Shown here one piece after another: positions 30,701 to 38,635 of a stretch of 64,000 nt of DNA (its first letter is position 1; each line of letters begins with the position of its first letter). The stretch is from the NCBI GenBank assembly GCA_039587395.1, contig JBDHIQ010000005.1, forward strand, positions 21,897 through 85,896, given 5' to 3'. This stretch comes from Gemmatimonadota bacterium. Its GTDB lineage: Bacteria > Gemmatimonadota > Gemmatimonadetes > Palauibacterales > Palauibacteraceae. Both the position numbers and the translations under genes were made by a program. The notes beneath the pieces were generated by a model that searched no databases, was not told where the DNA came from, and saw only the letters and a program-made list of their open reading frames with translations.

Positions 30701-30983
30701 TCACCCGTACGTCCAGCCTTTCCTCGGTCCGGTAGCCGATGATCTGCACGCTGACGGTGTAAGGTCCGCCGGGCTGAAGAGCCGCGACGAAGAACCGGCC
30801 GGCTGCGTTGGAGATGGGCTGCCCCAACTGGTCGGTTACGGTTCCCTGAATCGCGCCCGTGGTGACGCCCTGCGCCCAGGCCGAATCGGCCATCGCCAGG
30901 CTGAGAAGGACTGCCACGACCAGGGGGAGTAAAGAGAATAACGAGGATTTGCGCATCTTCCGCTCACTTTCTCGGATAGGCAT
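27789..30983 (-). CDS. TonB-dependent receptor, Oar-like, with N-terminal carboxypeptidase-regulatory-like domain
   Basis: Signal peptide AWA-Q, GGQNNRFNQIQIDGAVNNDVFGL, PFDVRQSNFTGG, C-terminal FQLGLRY. Confidence 0.92.
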   Translation of the reverse strand: MPIRESERKMRKSSLFSLLPLVVAVLLSLAMADSAWAQGVTTGAIQGTVTDQLGQPISNAAGRFFVAALQPGGPYTVSVQIIGYRTEERLDVRVTLSTTATLVFQLEESAVEVAPLTVSVEGSPLFSATRTGSQATIQQEEIQANPTLQRQITDFAILSPYANVIEGSPSIGGQNNRFNQIQIDGAVNNDVFGLADSGIPGGQTNAKAISIEAIEEMQILTTPFDVRQSNFTGGLLNAVTKQGTNQWKGSAFGFFSNENVVSRDPTLDPDEPKQEFKDYQFGATLGGPILRDKLFFFGAFETQILDRPSVAGFDPAAGSDRWGVAPGEAQEMIDIMRDTYGVDAGTSDFVTIDNPRTNIFLRTDWNINQNHRAMLRWNYAHSSQNVDPFRETFVYGMGSNGYPFKSTTNSVVGQLFSTFGSRWDNELLINFETVRDNRDPLVEWGQVEVGVSDNTLVAGAERFSHFNQLDQDIIQLTDNLTGQFGDHALTFGTHNEYYNFFNVFEPGLLGLWEFDSLDDLENNVVDSYVKRVPVAGVAVDELPAKFSVLQLGFYAQDVWAVNERLTLTGGLRVDVPIMLDTPRRNEALENSQIALNTTTIPKANPVVQPRLGLNYQLGEDRITQLRGGVGVFAGRAPYVWISNAYGNTGVQSVDLECDGSNAPLFDPNNPAPSTCNDGSGAEAAIPRINVTDENFKFPTDFKVSAGIDQQIGAGFSATLEGIYTKAINAPFLREMNLLPANGVDPVDGRPTHGSPNSSGCGSRGNCFTGNRIDDEFGQVVMLTNTSNQRAYLVSVQLNRAMTKVADLGANPLSMGLRTSYTWQDVEDVQGLFSSQATSNLGRNPIGDNLNDPARTTSSFERRHKVVVSLPMNWDIGNAGFGIELTPQYFGQSGSPYSYIVRGDPNGDGYRDAVISRDNDLMYIPVSVNELQWDSPEDAADFDTLISANSCLESQRGSIMKRNSCTAPWFGRFDLRFVIRLPGGGLNRFQVIGDFINITSARFEEPSNIDRGLEALRIDGRDSQGRLVYEYRGPSEADDGSVNPFQSRIPGSLFRFQLGLRYILP

Positions 30984-31146
30984 GTGAACGACGTGAACGA
31001 CTATCTAGCTGGGAGGGCGCACAGTCCAGGCGCCCGCAACGGCCACAAAGACAAAGTGTCCACGCCCATAACAGTGTTCTGGCCGGGAGTCTTTCCGGAA
31101 GGCGTGCTTCCCGTGTCCAGTGGTGCCCTCACAGCAGCTACGAACC

Positions 31147-31175
31147 GTAGTAACATCGGTCCACAGGGGTGTCAA
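31147..31175 (-). promoter_or_regulatory. Sigma70-type promoter for the TonB-dependent receptor
   Basis: TTGACA (31175-31170), 17-bp spacer, TG-n-TACTAC (31152-31147) on the minus strand. Confidence 0.6.
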
Positions 31176-31275
31176 TGCGGGCGGCGGTCCTCCGTGGTCT
31201 CGCGCGCCGAAGCGCCGCCGACACTCCGCCCGAGTCCGCTCCGCTGTCCAATCCGGCGCCCCGCCGGGCGCCCGG

Positions 31276-32313
31276 TCAGTCCTTCAGCGTCCGGATCTCG
31301 GGCTCCACCTCAGCCAGCAGCTCCAGCTTCTCCTCGTGGTGCAGGAAAGCGCTTCGGAACCCGTTCAGGATCAGCTCTGCCAGGTCCCCGGGAGCGAAGC
31401 CCAGGTGTTTCGCTGCACGGAGGTGCTCCTCCGTAACGGAAGTGCGGCTCATGAGCCGGTTGTCGGTATTGAGGCACACCACCAGTCCGGCATCGAAGTA
31501 ATCCCGCACCGGGTGGCTGGAGAAGCCGGCCACGGCCCTGGTCTGAACGTTGCTGGTCAGACAGATCTCCAGCGGAATCCGAAAATCGGCCACGTACTGC
31601 ATGAGAGCCGGATCCTCGAACAGCCGCGTCCCGTGACCGATCCGGTTGGCTCCACAGTAGTGAAGCGCCTGGTGGATTGACTCGGCGCCGTAGGCCTCGC
31701 CCGCGTGTATGGTCGCGCCGACGTTGGCGTTGCGCACCAGGTAGAACGCCTCGCGGTGCAGCTTGGCGGGGAAGTTGGACTCGGCGCCCGCCAGGTCAAA
31801 GGCCACCACGCCGCGGTTCTTGAACGCCACGGTGAGCGCGGCGAGGTTGTAAGACACCCCCGGATCCATGTTTCGGATCCCGCAAATGATCAGGTTCGAG
31901 CGGATGCCAAAGTCCTGCGCGGCCCTGTGCATACCTCGCAGCGGCGCTTCCACCGTCTCGGGCAGCGGCAAGCCGTTTCGCGTGTGCAGCGCCGGCGAGT
32001 AGCGGATCTCCATGTACCGTACGTTCTCGGCGGCCGCGTCTTCGCACAGCTCGTAGGCGGCGCGTTCCAGTGCCTGCGAGCGTTGCAGCACGGAGAGGGT
32101 GATCTCGAAGCGGGTGAGGTAGTCCTCGAGGTTGGTCGCGTCCTTCACGTACATCAGGTCGCTGAGCTCGTCCCGATCGTCCGTCGGCAGGTCGATCTTC
32201 TGCTCGGCCGCGAGCTCCAGGATCGTCGAGGGCCTGAGCGATCCATCCAGGTGAACGTGCAGATCGGTCTTCGGGACCGACGCGATGAGCCTGCGCAGGT
32301 GGTCTTCTTTCAA
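31276..32313 (-). CDS. add: Adenosine deaminase
   Basis: DLHVHLDGS, FDLAG, TIHAGE, RIGHG, NTDN. Confidence 0.95.
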   Translation of the reverse strand: MKEDHLRRLIASVPKTDLHVHLDGSLRPSTILELAAEQKIDLPTDDRDELSDLMYVKDATNLEDYLTRFEITLSVLQRSQALERAAYELCEDAAAENVRYMEIRYSPALHTRNGLPLPETVEAPLRGMHRAAQDFGIRSNLIICGIRNMDPGVSYNLAALTVAFKNRGVVAFDLAGAESNFPAKLHREAFYLVRNANVGATIHAGEAYGAESIHQALHYCGANRIGHGTRLFEDPALMQYVADFRIPLEICLTSNVQTRAVAGFSSHPVRDYFDAGLVVCLNTDNRLMSRTSVTEEHLRAAKHLGFAPGDLAELILNGFRSAFLHHEEKLELLAEVEPEIRTLKD

Positions 32314-32395
32314 CGCGTATCCTCCCGGGCCGTACTCAGCGCAGTGTAACCGCGCCCATACTTGACGCGACAGCCCACCGCAATGGCCCGGCGGA

Positions 32396-32761
32396 TCAGT
32401 GGTCTATCGGCGGTGGAACCGGCTTTGTATGGGTGCCGGATGAGAGACCGGCTTGGCTTCCCACGCCGATATCGTGCTCGATCCTGCGACGCTTCTCCTG
32501 ATTGTCCATCAGCGATTCGTTGAAGTCCAGCCGTTGCTCGAGCAGGTCAAGACGCCGGTCCAGCCGGGACATCAGCATCCGCACCTGCTCCCCCTCCAAC
32601 CCCGTCTGCTGCTGGAGATGCGGGTTGAGTTGCGGGTTGTACCGTGCCCGCTTCTCCTCCGCCTGTGCCTCCAGCAGGAGCCCCAACCGCTTGGTAAGGG
32701 GGCGGAAGATGGCGACCGCCGCGATGGACAGGAACATCATGATCGGAATCAGTGCTTCCAT
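32396..32761 (-). CDS. Small membrane-anchored coiled-coil protein (PspB-like architecture)
   Basis: N-terminal TM, then RLDLLEQRLDFNESL heptad segment. Confidence 0.65.
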   Translation of the reverse strand: MEALIPIMMFLSIAAVAIFRPLTKRLGLLLEAQAEEKRARYNPQLNPHLQQQTGLEGEQVRMLMSRLDRRLDLLEQRLDFNESLMDNQEKRRRIEHDIGVGSQAGLSSGTHTKPVPPPIDH

Positions 32762-32796
32762 GTTTTGCCTTCTCTCTCAGCGCTCGTTGCGCGGAC

Positions 32797-34041
32797 TCAC
32801 TCGTAACGCAGCGAATCCACCGGGTCCAACCGGGCTGCCTTTCGCGCCGGCAGTATGCCGGCCAGCAGCCCGATTCCGACCAGTATGGCCAGGCACAGGG
32901 ATGCAATAGGCCACGACAACTTCGGATTCAGAATGTACTGCATTGCCTCGTTGTCGTAGGGGAGGGAGTCCACCCCGAGGACCACGGCGGTCGAGAATGC
33001 CAGGCCGACCAGTCCGCCGCCAACGGCGATGAGCAACGCCTCGAAGATGAACTGACTCATGATGTGCCGCTTGCGCGCCCCCACGGCCAGCTTGACGCCT
33101 ATCTCCCGCGTACGCTCGCGAACCACCACATACATGATGTTGGCGACGCCAACTCCGGCGACGAGCAGCGTGAACCCTCCCACCATGCCCAGGAAGATCT
33201 GGATTCCGAGGCCGATGGCCCGGGTCAGCTTTTCGTCCTCGATGAAGTCCCACATGGCCAGGGCCCGCTCATCCGCCGGGTCGAACTTGTATCGTCTGCC
33301 CAGTACCTGGTACAGCTGATTCTTGACGTGGGCCGCCTCGCTGATGTCGCGCGGTCGAACGATGAGATGGCCCACCCAGCGGTGCCCATAGATGGTCCGG
33401 AAGGTGGACGCGGGGATGATGGCTCGGTCTTCGTCCGGACCGTTGTTGCTACTGTCCTGGAACTTCTTCTGCATGACTCCGACGACCGTGAACGGGAGAC
33501 CGTCCAGCTCTACCGTCTGGCCTACCGGATTCGTGTCGCCGAACAAGCGCTCCGCGATGGCGTCACCGAGGAACAGCACACGTCGCTGCTGCTCCATGTC
33601 CCTCCAGTTGAGGAACCGGCCGCCCTGCGCCGGATACGTGCGGCGCATGAACATGAAGTCGGGGTTTACCCCCTCCATGTACGTGGTGGTCTTGTTGTCG
33701 CCCGCCTCCAGGGTCACTCCCCAGCGTCCGTAGGAGGGGCTGCCCATCTCGATCTCCGGGATGGCCTTCACTAGAAGGGTGAGATCCGCCTCCGTCAGCC
33801 GGACCCGCCGACCCTTCGCCAGGCCCTCGAACTCCTGGCTGGTCTGTCCGCCGTACACCATGAAGATGCGCTCGCCCGCGTTCAGCAGACCGTTGGTGAC
33901 GCTGCGCCGGAGGCCCTCGCCGAACGCGAGGAGGAGCACTACAGAAATGGTGCCCCACACCATGGCGAAGATGGTCAGAAAGGCGCGCGTCTTCTGCACC
34001 TTCAGATCTCCCCAGAACTCCTCGAACAGGATCTTCCACAT
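32797..34041 (-). CDS. ABC transporter permease, MacB/FtsX-like
   Basis: GVGVANIMYVVVRERTREIGVKLAVGA, PARKAARLDPVDSLRYE. Confidence 0.93.
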   Translation of the reverse strand: MWKILFEEFWGDLKVQKTRAFLTIFAMVWGTISVVLLLAFGEGLRRSVTNGLLNAGERIFMVYGGQTSQEFEGLAKGRRVRLTEADLTLLVKAIPEIEMGSPSYGRWGVTLEAGDNKTTTYMEGVNPDFMFMRRTYPAQGGRFLNWRDMEQQRRVLFLGDAIAERLFGDTNPVGQTVELDGLPFTVVGVMQKKFQDSSNNGPDEDRAIIPASTFRTIYGHRWVGHLIVRPRDISEAAHVKNQLYQVLGRRYKFDPADERALAMWDFIEDEKLTRAIGLGIQIFLGMVGGFTLLVAGVGVANIMYVVVRERTREIGVKLAVGARKRHIMSQFIFEALLIAVGGGLVGLAFSTAVVLGVDSLPYDNEAMQYILNPKLSWPIASLCLAILVGIGLLAGILPARKAARLDPVDSLRYE

Positions 34042-34174
34042 GGCCGCTAGCCTCCCACCCGAGGTCGGCTAGCGGCTCTCAAGCGGAGGGCGGCGTGTGG
34101 CCTCAGAGGGCGCCTCGGTTGCGGAGCAACCGCCAGCGCCCGGAGAGGCGTGCATGCCGCCGAGCGTTCGGAGA

Positions 34175-35407
34175 TCAGTCGCGCAGACATTCCACCGGAT
34201 CCAGACTTGCTGCTCGCCGCGCCGGGAAGAAGCCGGCGAGCATGGAGACCAGCGCGAGGAGGGTCATCGTGACGAGAGCCACCTCGAACGAGATAGTCGG
34301 AACGCCCACGATGTCTTGCATGGGAACCACCGTGGCGAGTTTCACCAGTCCGATCGATATGAGAATGCCGAGCGCGGCCCCGATGGCGACGATCATGAAG
34401 CTCTCGGCCAGGAACTGCCACAGGATGTTCCTCCGCCTGGCACCGAGCGACCGCTTGATGCCGATCTCGGGCGTCCGCTCCTTCACGACGATGTACATGA
34501 TGTTGGCCACGCCTATGCCGCCCACGCTGAGCGTGAAGCTGCCGACGATGGCAAAGAAGATATTGAAGCCGAGGAACATGTAGCCGAACAGTTTCTCGAA
34601 CTCCGCCGTGTCCCAGACAGCCAGGGCGTCCTCGTCCGCCGGGTCGAATCGGTACTTGCGCCCGAGGATCTGGTAGACCTGTGCCTCCACACCCTTGGTG
34701 ACCAGCGCGTCGCGTGTCCGGTAGATGATGTTGTTCAGATTGCGGTGCCCGAAGATGGCCTCATGCGTGCTGGCCGGGATGAACACGCGGTCCGTGTCCC
34801 GCGAGTTGTAGGACGAGTTCTGCAGCTTGGGCTTCATCACCCCGATGACCGTAAACAGCGCGTTGCCGACCAGGACATCCTTTCCGACCGGGTCTTCATC
34901 GTCAAAGAGGAGACTTGCCACGCCATCGCCCAGAAAGATCACCCGCCGCCGCTCGTCTTCATCACGCTGGTTGATGAACCGCCCCCCCATCTCGGGGATC
35001 ACGTTGCGCATGTACCCGTAAACGGAGGAAATGCCGGTGATAGCCGGGTTTACGCCGTTTCGCTTGTACCGTACCGGCGTGTTGCGCTCCACGTACTCGG
35101 GGCTGATCATCACGATTTCGGGGATCTGCCTGGCGAGCGTCCGAACGTCCTCCGAGCGGAGACCGATGTACCTGCCTTCGCCGAAGCCGGCGTAAGCCCG
35201 GGTCGTTCTCCCTCCGAACAGAATCACGATTCGGTCGCCCAGGCCGTGGAACCGCTTGCGCGTTTGATTCTCCAGGCCGACGCCGAACGCGAGCAGCACC
35301 ACCACGGCCACGGTCCCCCAGGTGATCCCCAAGATCGTGAGGGTGGTCCGCAGGCGCTGGGCCCTGAGGTCGGCCCACAGCTGCAGGATGGCGTCGTTCA
35401 GGCGCAT
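34175..35407 (-). CDS. ABC transporter permease, MacB/FtsX-like
   Basis: GGIGVANIMYIVVKERTPEIGIKRSLGA, PARRAASLDPVECLR. Confidence 0.93.
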   Translation of the reverse strand: MRLNDAILQLWADLRAQRLRTTLTILGITWGTVAVVVLLAFGVGLENQTRKRFHGLGDRIVILFGGRTTRAYAGFGEGRYIGLRSEDVRTLARQIPEIVMISPEYVERNTPVRYKRNGVNPAITGISSVYGYMRNVIPEMGGRFINQRDEDERRRVIFLGDGVASLLFDDEDPVGKDVLVGNALFTVIGVMKPKLQNSSYNSRDTDRVFIPASTHEAIFGHRNLNNIIYRTRDALVTKGVEAQVYQILGRKYRFDPADEDALAVWDTAEFEKLFGYMFLGFNIFFAIVGSFTLSVGGIGVANIMYIVVKERTPEIGIKRSLGARRRNILWQFLAESFMIVAIGAALGILISIGLVKLATVVPMQDIVGVPTISFEVALVTMTLLALVSMLAGFFPARRAASLDPVECLRD

Positions 35408-35424
35408 GGAGCGATCCCGTCAGC

Positions 35425-36519
35425 CTACGAAATTTCCCTGGGCGGCGGCTCGACCAGCTGCTCGCCTTCCTCCAGGCCCGAGATCACCTCTACGTTGATG
35501 CCGTCGCTGAGACCCGTCTCGATGATGCGTTCCTCCGTCAGCTCACCCGCCAGCTTCACCGTCACGCGCGCGGTGTCCCCGGAAAAAGCGATCAACCTCT
35601 CCGGAATGAACAGGACGTCCGCCCGATTCTCGATGATGATGTCCGCATTCGCCGAGTATCCCGCGCGCAGCGTGGAGCCCTCCGCGGCTGACACCGTGAT
35701 CTCCACCGGGAAGGACGTGGCATTCTCCAGCTCCCGGCCCTTCAACGAGATCCGGAACAACACGCCTTCGATGGGTTCATCCGGCAACGCTCCGATCTTG
35801 AGCAGGACGGGCATGCCCTCCTCGAGGCGCCCGACGTCAATCTCATCGACCGTGCCCCGGAAGATGAGATCGTCCATCTCCGCCATGGTCATCAGGACGG
35901 TTCCTTCCTGGAAACTGGTCAGCGGCACGACCGGATCGCCAATCTCCACCATCTTCTCCAGGATGAAGCCCGTGATCGGGGCCTTGATGACCGTCTCGAC
36001 CTGCTCGTCGCCGATGGTCACGCGCCCTTCCTCCAGCAGCGCCAGACGCTCCCTGGAAATCTGAACCTGTAGCTTGGCCTCGCTGTAGCTCCGATCGACG
36101 GTCTCGAACTCCTCCTGCGTGACGTAGTCCTGATCACGGAGCGCAAGCAGGCGCTCCCGTTGCTTCTCAAGTTGAGTGAGCTCGATGTCTCGAAGCTCAA
36201 CCTGGCGACGACCTTCGACCAGTTCGATCGGGGTGGGATTAGGCTTGATCTCGAGGAGGGGTGACCCGGCGACCACGTACTCGCCGGGTTCCGAGTACAT
36301 GCGGCGTACCACCCCGGCCAGCTGCGACTTGACGCTGATCTCCACCAGCGGTTCGATACGGCCGACGGCCAGCGCCTTGTCCGCGATGTCGCCACGCTGC
36401 ACTTCCACGAGGCGCATCCCGTCTTCTCCGTTTCCGCCGGACGTCGTGACGGCCATGGCGGTTCCGCCCACACCGACGATGGCAATGGTGCCGAGTATGA
36501 TCTTCGTGCGTCGTTTCAT
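35425..36519 (-). CDS. Efflux periplasmic adaptor (MacA/HlyD-like)
   Basis: N-terminal TM, lipoyl halves (VKSQLAGVV, IKAPITG), VDEIDVG, VEVISGLEEGE. Confidence 0.92.
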   Translation of the reverse strand: MKRRTKIILGTIAIVGVGGTAMAVTTSGGNGEDGMRLVEVQRGDIADKALAVGRIEPLVEISVKSQLAGVVRRMYSEPGEYVVAGSPLLEIKPNPTPIELVEGRRQVELRDIELTQLEKQRERLLALRDQDYVTQEEFETVDRSYSEAKLQVQISRERLALLEEGRVTIGDEQVETVIKAPITGFILEKMVEIGDPVVPLTSFQEGTVLMTMAEMDDLIFRGTVDEIDVGRLEEGMPVLLKIGALPDEPIEGVLFRISLKGRELENATSFPVEITVSAAEGSTLRAGYSANADIIIENRADVLFIPERLIAFSGDTARVTVKLAGELTEERIIETGLSDGINVEVISGLEEGEQLVEPPPREIS

Positions 36520-36660
36520 AATCCTGCCAGGATTCTCATGGCTTCAGGCTGCGTGTGCGGACACGGGTTCCCGGGGCACACGGCTGCACGCGTACGTGGG
36601 TCACTACGGAGCGGGCGGCGGGAAAAGTTTCGCCGAATAGGCGGGGCTCCGGGGTCTGGT

Positions 36661-36702
36661 CGCCCGGCAATCAGTCCCGGCCGCCTGGCTATCAGTCCCG
36701 GA
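36661..36702. repeat. Two imperfect 21-bp tandem repeats
   Basis: cgcccggcaatcagtcccggc / cgcctggctatcagtcccgga; the second copy covers the stop codon of the small ORF. Confidence 0.6.
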
Positions 36703-36928
36703 CAAACCCCCTGTCGGCGTCGGGAGGACCGTCAACGTAGAAGCGGGCTCCATCGCACAGCGAGCCCTCCAGGTCGACACGCTGGCCGGCTCCGTCGGTC
36801 AGGGAGCTTTCACCGCCGCGCACGCGAAGAAACGCGTCCTCCGAGTGCCAGATGAGGGCGTGCCGCGCCCGGGCCCAACCCCAGATTCTCACGGGCCGGT
36901 CGTCCACAAATACCGTGATGCGGTTCAT
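36692..36928 (-). CDS. Small hypothetical protein, possible beta-grasp (ThiS/MoaD-like) fold
   Basis: ITVFVDDRPVRI…VDLEGSLCDGARFYV; 15 bp downstream of the 5'-nucleotidase. Confidence 0.65.
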   Translation of the reverse strand: MNRITVFVDDRPVRIWGWARARHALIWHSEDAFLRVRGGESSLTDGAGQRVDLEGSLCDGARFYVDGPPDADRGFVRD

Positions 36929-36943
36929 TCGGCTGCCACGTCC

Positions 36944-38635
36944 CTATCCGCCGACAACGCGCCAGCGCGGATCAGGCGGAGCCTCCACCGGTGGCGGTTG
37001 GTCCGTCAGAAACTCCACCAGGGCTTCGAGATCCAGGATCCCGGTCATCACGGCCGTTTCCGCGCCCATGAACATGACATAGCCGCTCCCGCCGGCCACC
37101 ATGAAGTCATTGACGGTGACCGTGTAAACGGAGTCCGGTTGGACCTGCCGGCCATCGGCCAGGGTGGCGGCTACGACTCGACTTCCCGCCGGGGCGGCCG
37201 GATCATAGCGAACCACCAGCCCGCTCACGTGCGCATCCGGGCGGCCGTCCCGCGCCAGGGCATGCTCGAGGGCGGCCAACAGACTGGCCCCGTCCAACTG
37301 GAGCCGCACCAGGGTGTTCTGGAACGGGTGCAACTCGAACAGGTTCTGGTACGTGACGGGGCCCGCGTCGAGTGGCCGCCGGATGCCGCCGTTGTTCATG
37401 ATGGCGACTTCCGCGCCCGTCGCGGCCCGTTGCGCATCCGCGATCAGCCGGCCCAGTCCGTATTCGGCGCCGCGCTTCGGCAGCGGTTCGGCCAGAGTAG
37501 CTACCACGCGCTCCACTTCGCGGGCCATCTCCGCCCGATATCGCTCGATCACGGCCGCTATCGTCCGGTCCGGCGTGACTTCATCGGCGAACGCGGCGCG
37601 GACCTCGATCAGCTCGCGCCGGACGGACCCATCCGGACCGCGCCGCAACAAGCCATGGCCGTACGCCGAGCCGCCGGAGAACGATTGCACGACCGGAGCT
37701 CCCCGGACTATTGCGTCCACGCGGCTGTGCGTGTGGCCCGTCACGACGTAGTCGAACGAGGCGCGCGTTGCCGCCAGTTCGCTCATCGCCTCGCCAGCGC
37801 ACGTTCCCTGGTCATCGCAATAGGCGCCGGCATGCATCACCACCACCACGAAATCCACGCCCTGACGCTGGACCTCGGGGACGTACCGGTCCAGCGCTTC
37901 CGCAATCGGGCGGAACTCGAGGTGGCTGACGTTGGCCGGTTTGGTCGTGCTGGGCGTCGATCGCGTCGTCACACCGACCACGCCAAGCCGCACCCCGGCG
38001 CGCTCGATGACGACATACGGAAGAGACCACTCGGGATGGCGGTCGGTCCCGGCCTGGAAGATGTTCGCTCCGAGAAACGGGAATTCCGCCTGCTCGATCC
38101 GGGCTCGCAGCACGTCCATGCCCCAGTCGAACTCGTGGTTGCCGATGGCCAGTGCATCGTATCCGATGGCGTTGGCGGCCTCGATCGTAGACCGTCCATC
38201 GGTCAGGTTCGAGATCGGCGTTCCCTGCAGCATGTCGCCGGCGCTCAGCACGAAGACGGGACAATCCGGCCACGCCACGCGTACGCTGTCGAAGTGAGCC
38301 GCCAGCGTCGCCGCACCACCTACCTCCCGCCCGTCCGTCCAATCATACGTGTCGGGCTGGAGCTTGCCGTGCGTGTCGTTGGTGGAGAGGATCGTGGCGC
38401 ACGCCGGCCGCGGGTTCGCGGTACCGCCATTTGACGAGGCGTCCGCTGACTGGTTCCGGACCTCGGAATGGGCCGGGTTCCGGGAGTCGCGTTCCGGGCG
38501 GCAGCCGCTGAACGGAAGCCAGGCGGCAAGGACAATCAGTCCAAAGAACCGTCGGACGACAGGATACGTCCTGCGGCCCGGAAGCCCCCGGGCGATCGCC
38601 GGGACCGGCAACCGCCGGCTAAGGGAGCCGTGCAA
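36944..38635 (-). CDS. 5'-nucleotidase / bifunctional metallophosphatase (lipoprotein)
   Basis: TNDTHG, AGDMLQG, GNHEFD, VVMHAG, TGHTH, NNGGIR, HPFQN, NDFM; lipobox FSGC. Confidence 0.93.
   Translation of the reverse strand: MHGSLSRRLPVPAIARGLPGRRTYPVVRRFFGLIVLAAWLPFSGCRPERDSRNPAHSEVRNQSADASSNGGTANPRPACATILSTNDTHGKLQPDTYDWTDGREVGGAATLAAHFDSVRVAWPDCPVFVLSAGDMLQGTPISNLTDGRSTIEAANAIGYDALAIGNHEFDWGMDVLRARIEQAEFPFLGANIFQAGTDRHPEWSLPYVVIERAGVRLGVVGVTTRSTPSTTKPANVSHLEFRPIAEALDRYVPEVQRQGVDFVVVVMHAGAYCDDQGTCAGEAMSELAATRASFDYVVTGHTHSRVDAIVRGAPVVQSFSGGSAYGHGLLRRGPDGSVRRELIEVRAAFADEVTPDRTIAAVIERYRAEMAREVERVVATLAEPLPKRGAEYGLGRLIADAQRAATGAEVAIMNNGGIRRPLDAGPVTYQNLFELHPFQNTLVRLQLDGASLLAALEHALARDGRPDAHVSGLVVRYDPAAPAGSRVVAATLADGRQVQPDSVYTVTVNDFMVAGGSGYVMFMGAETAVMTGILDLEALVEFLTDQPPPVEAPPDPRWRVVGG

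Noticed and set aside
36661-36702. CRISPR array or att site
   Set aside because: Only two adjacent imperfect 21-bp copies, no spacers, no cas or integrase genes
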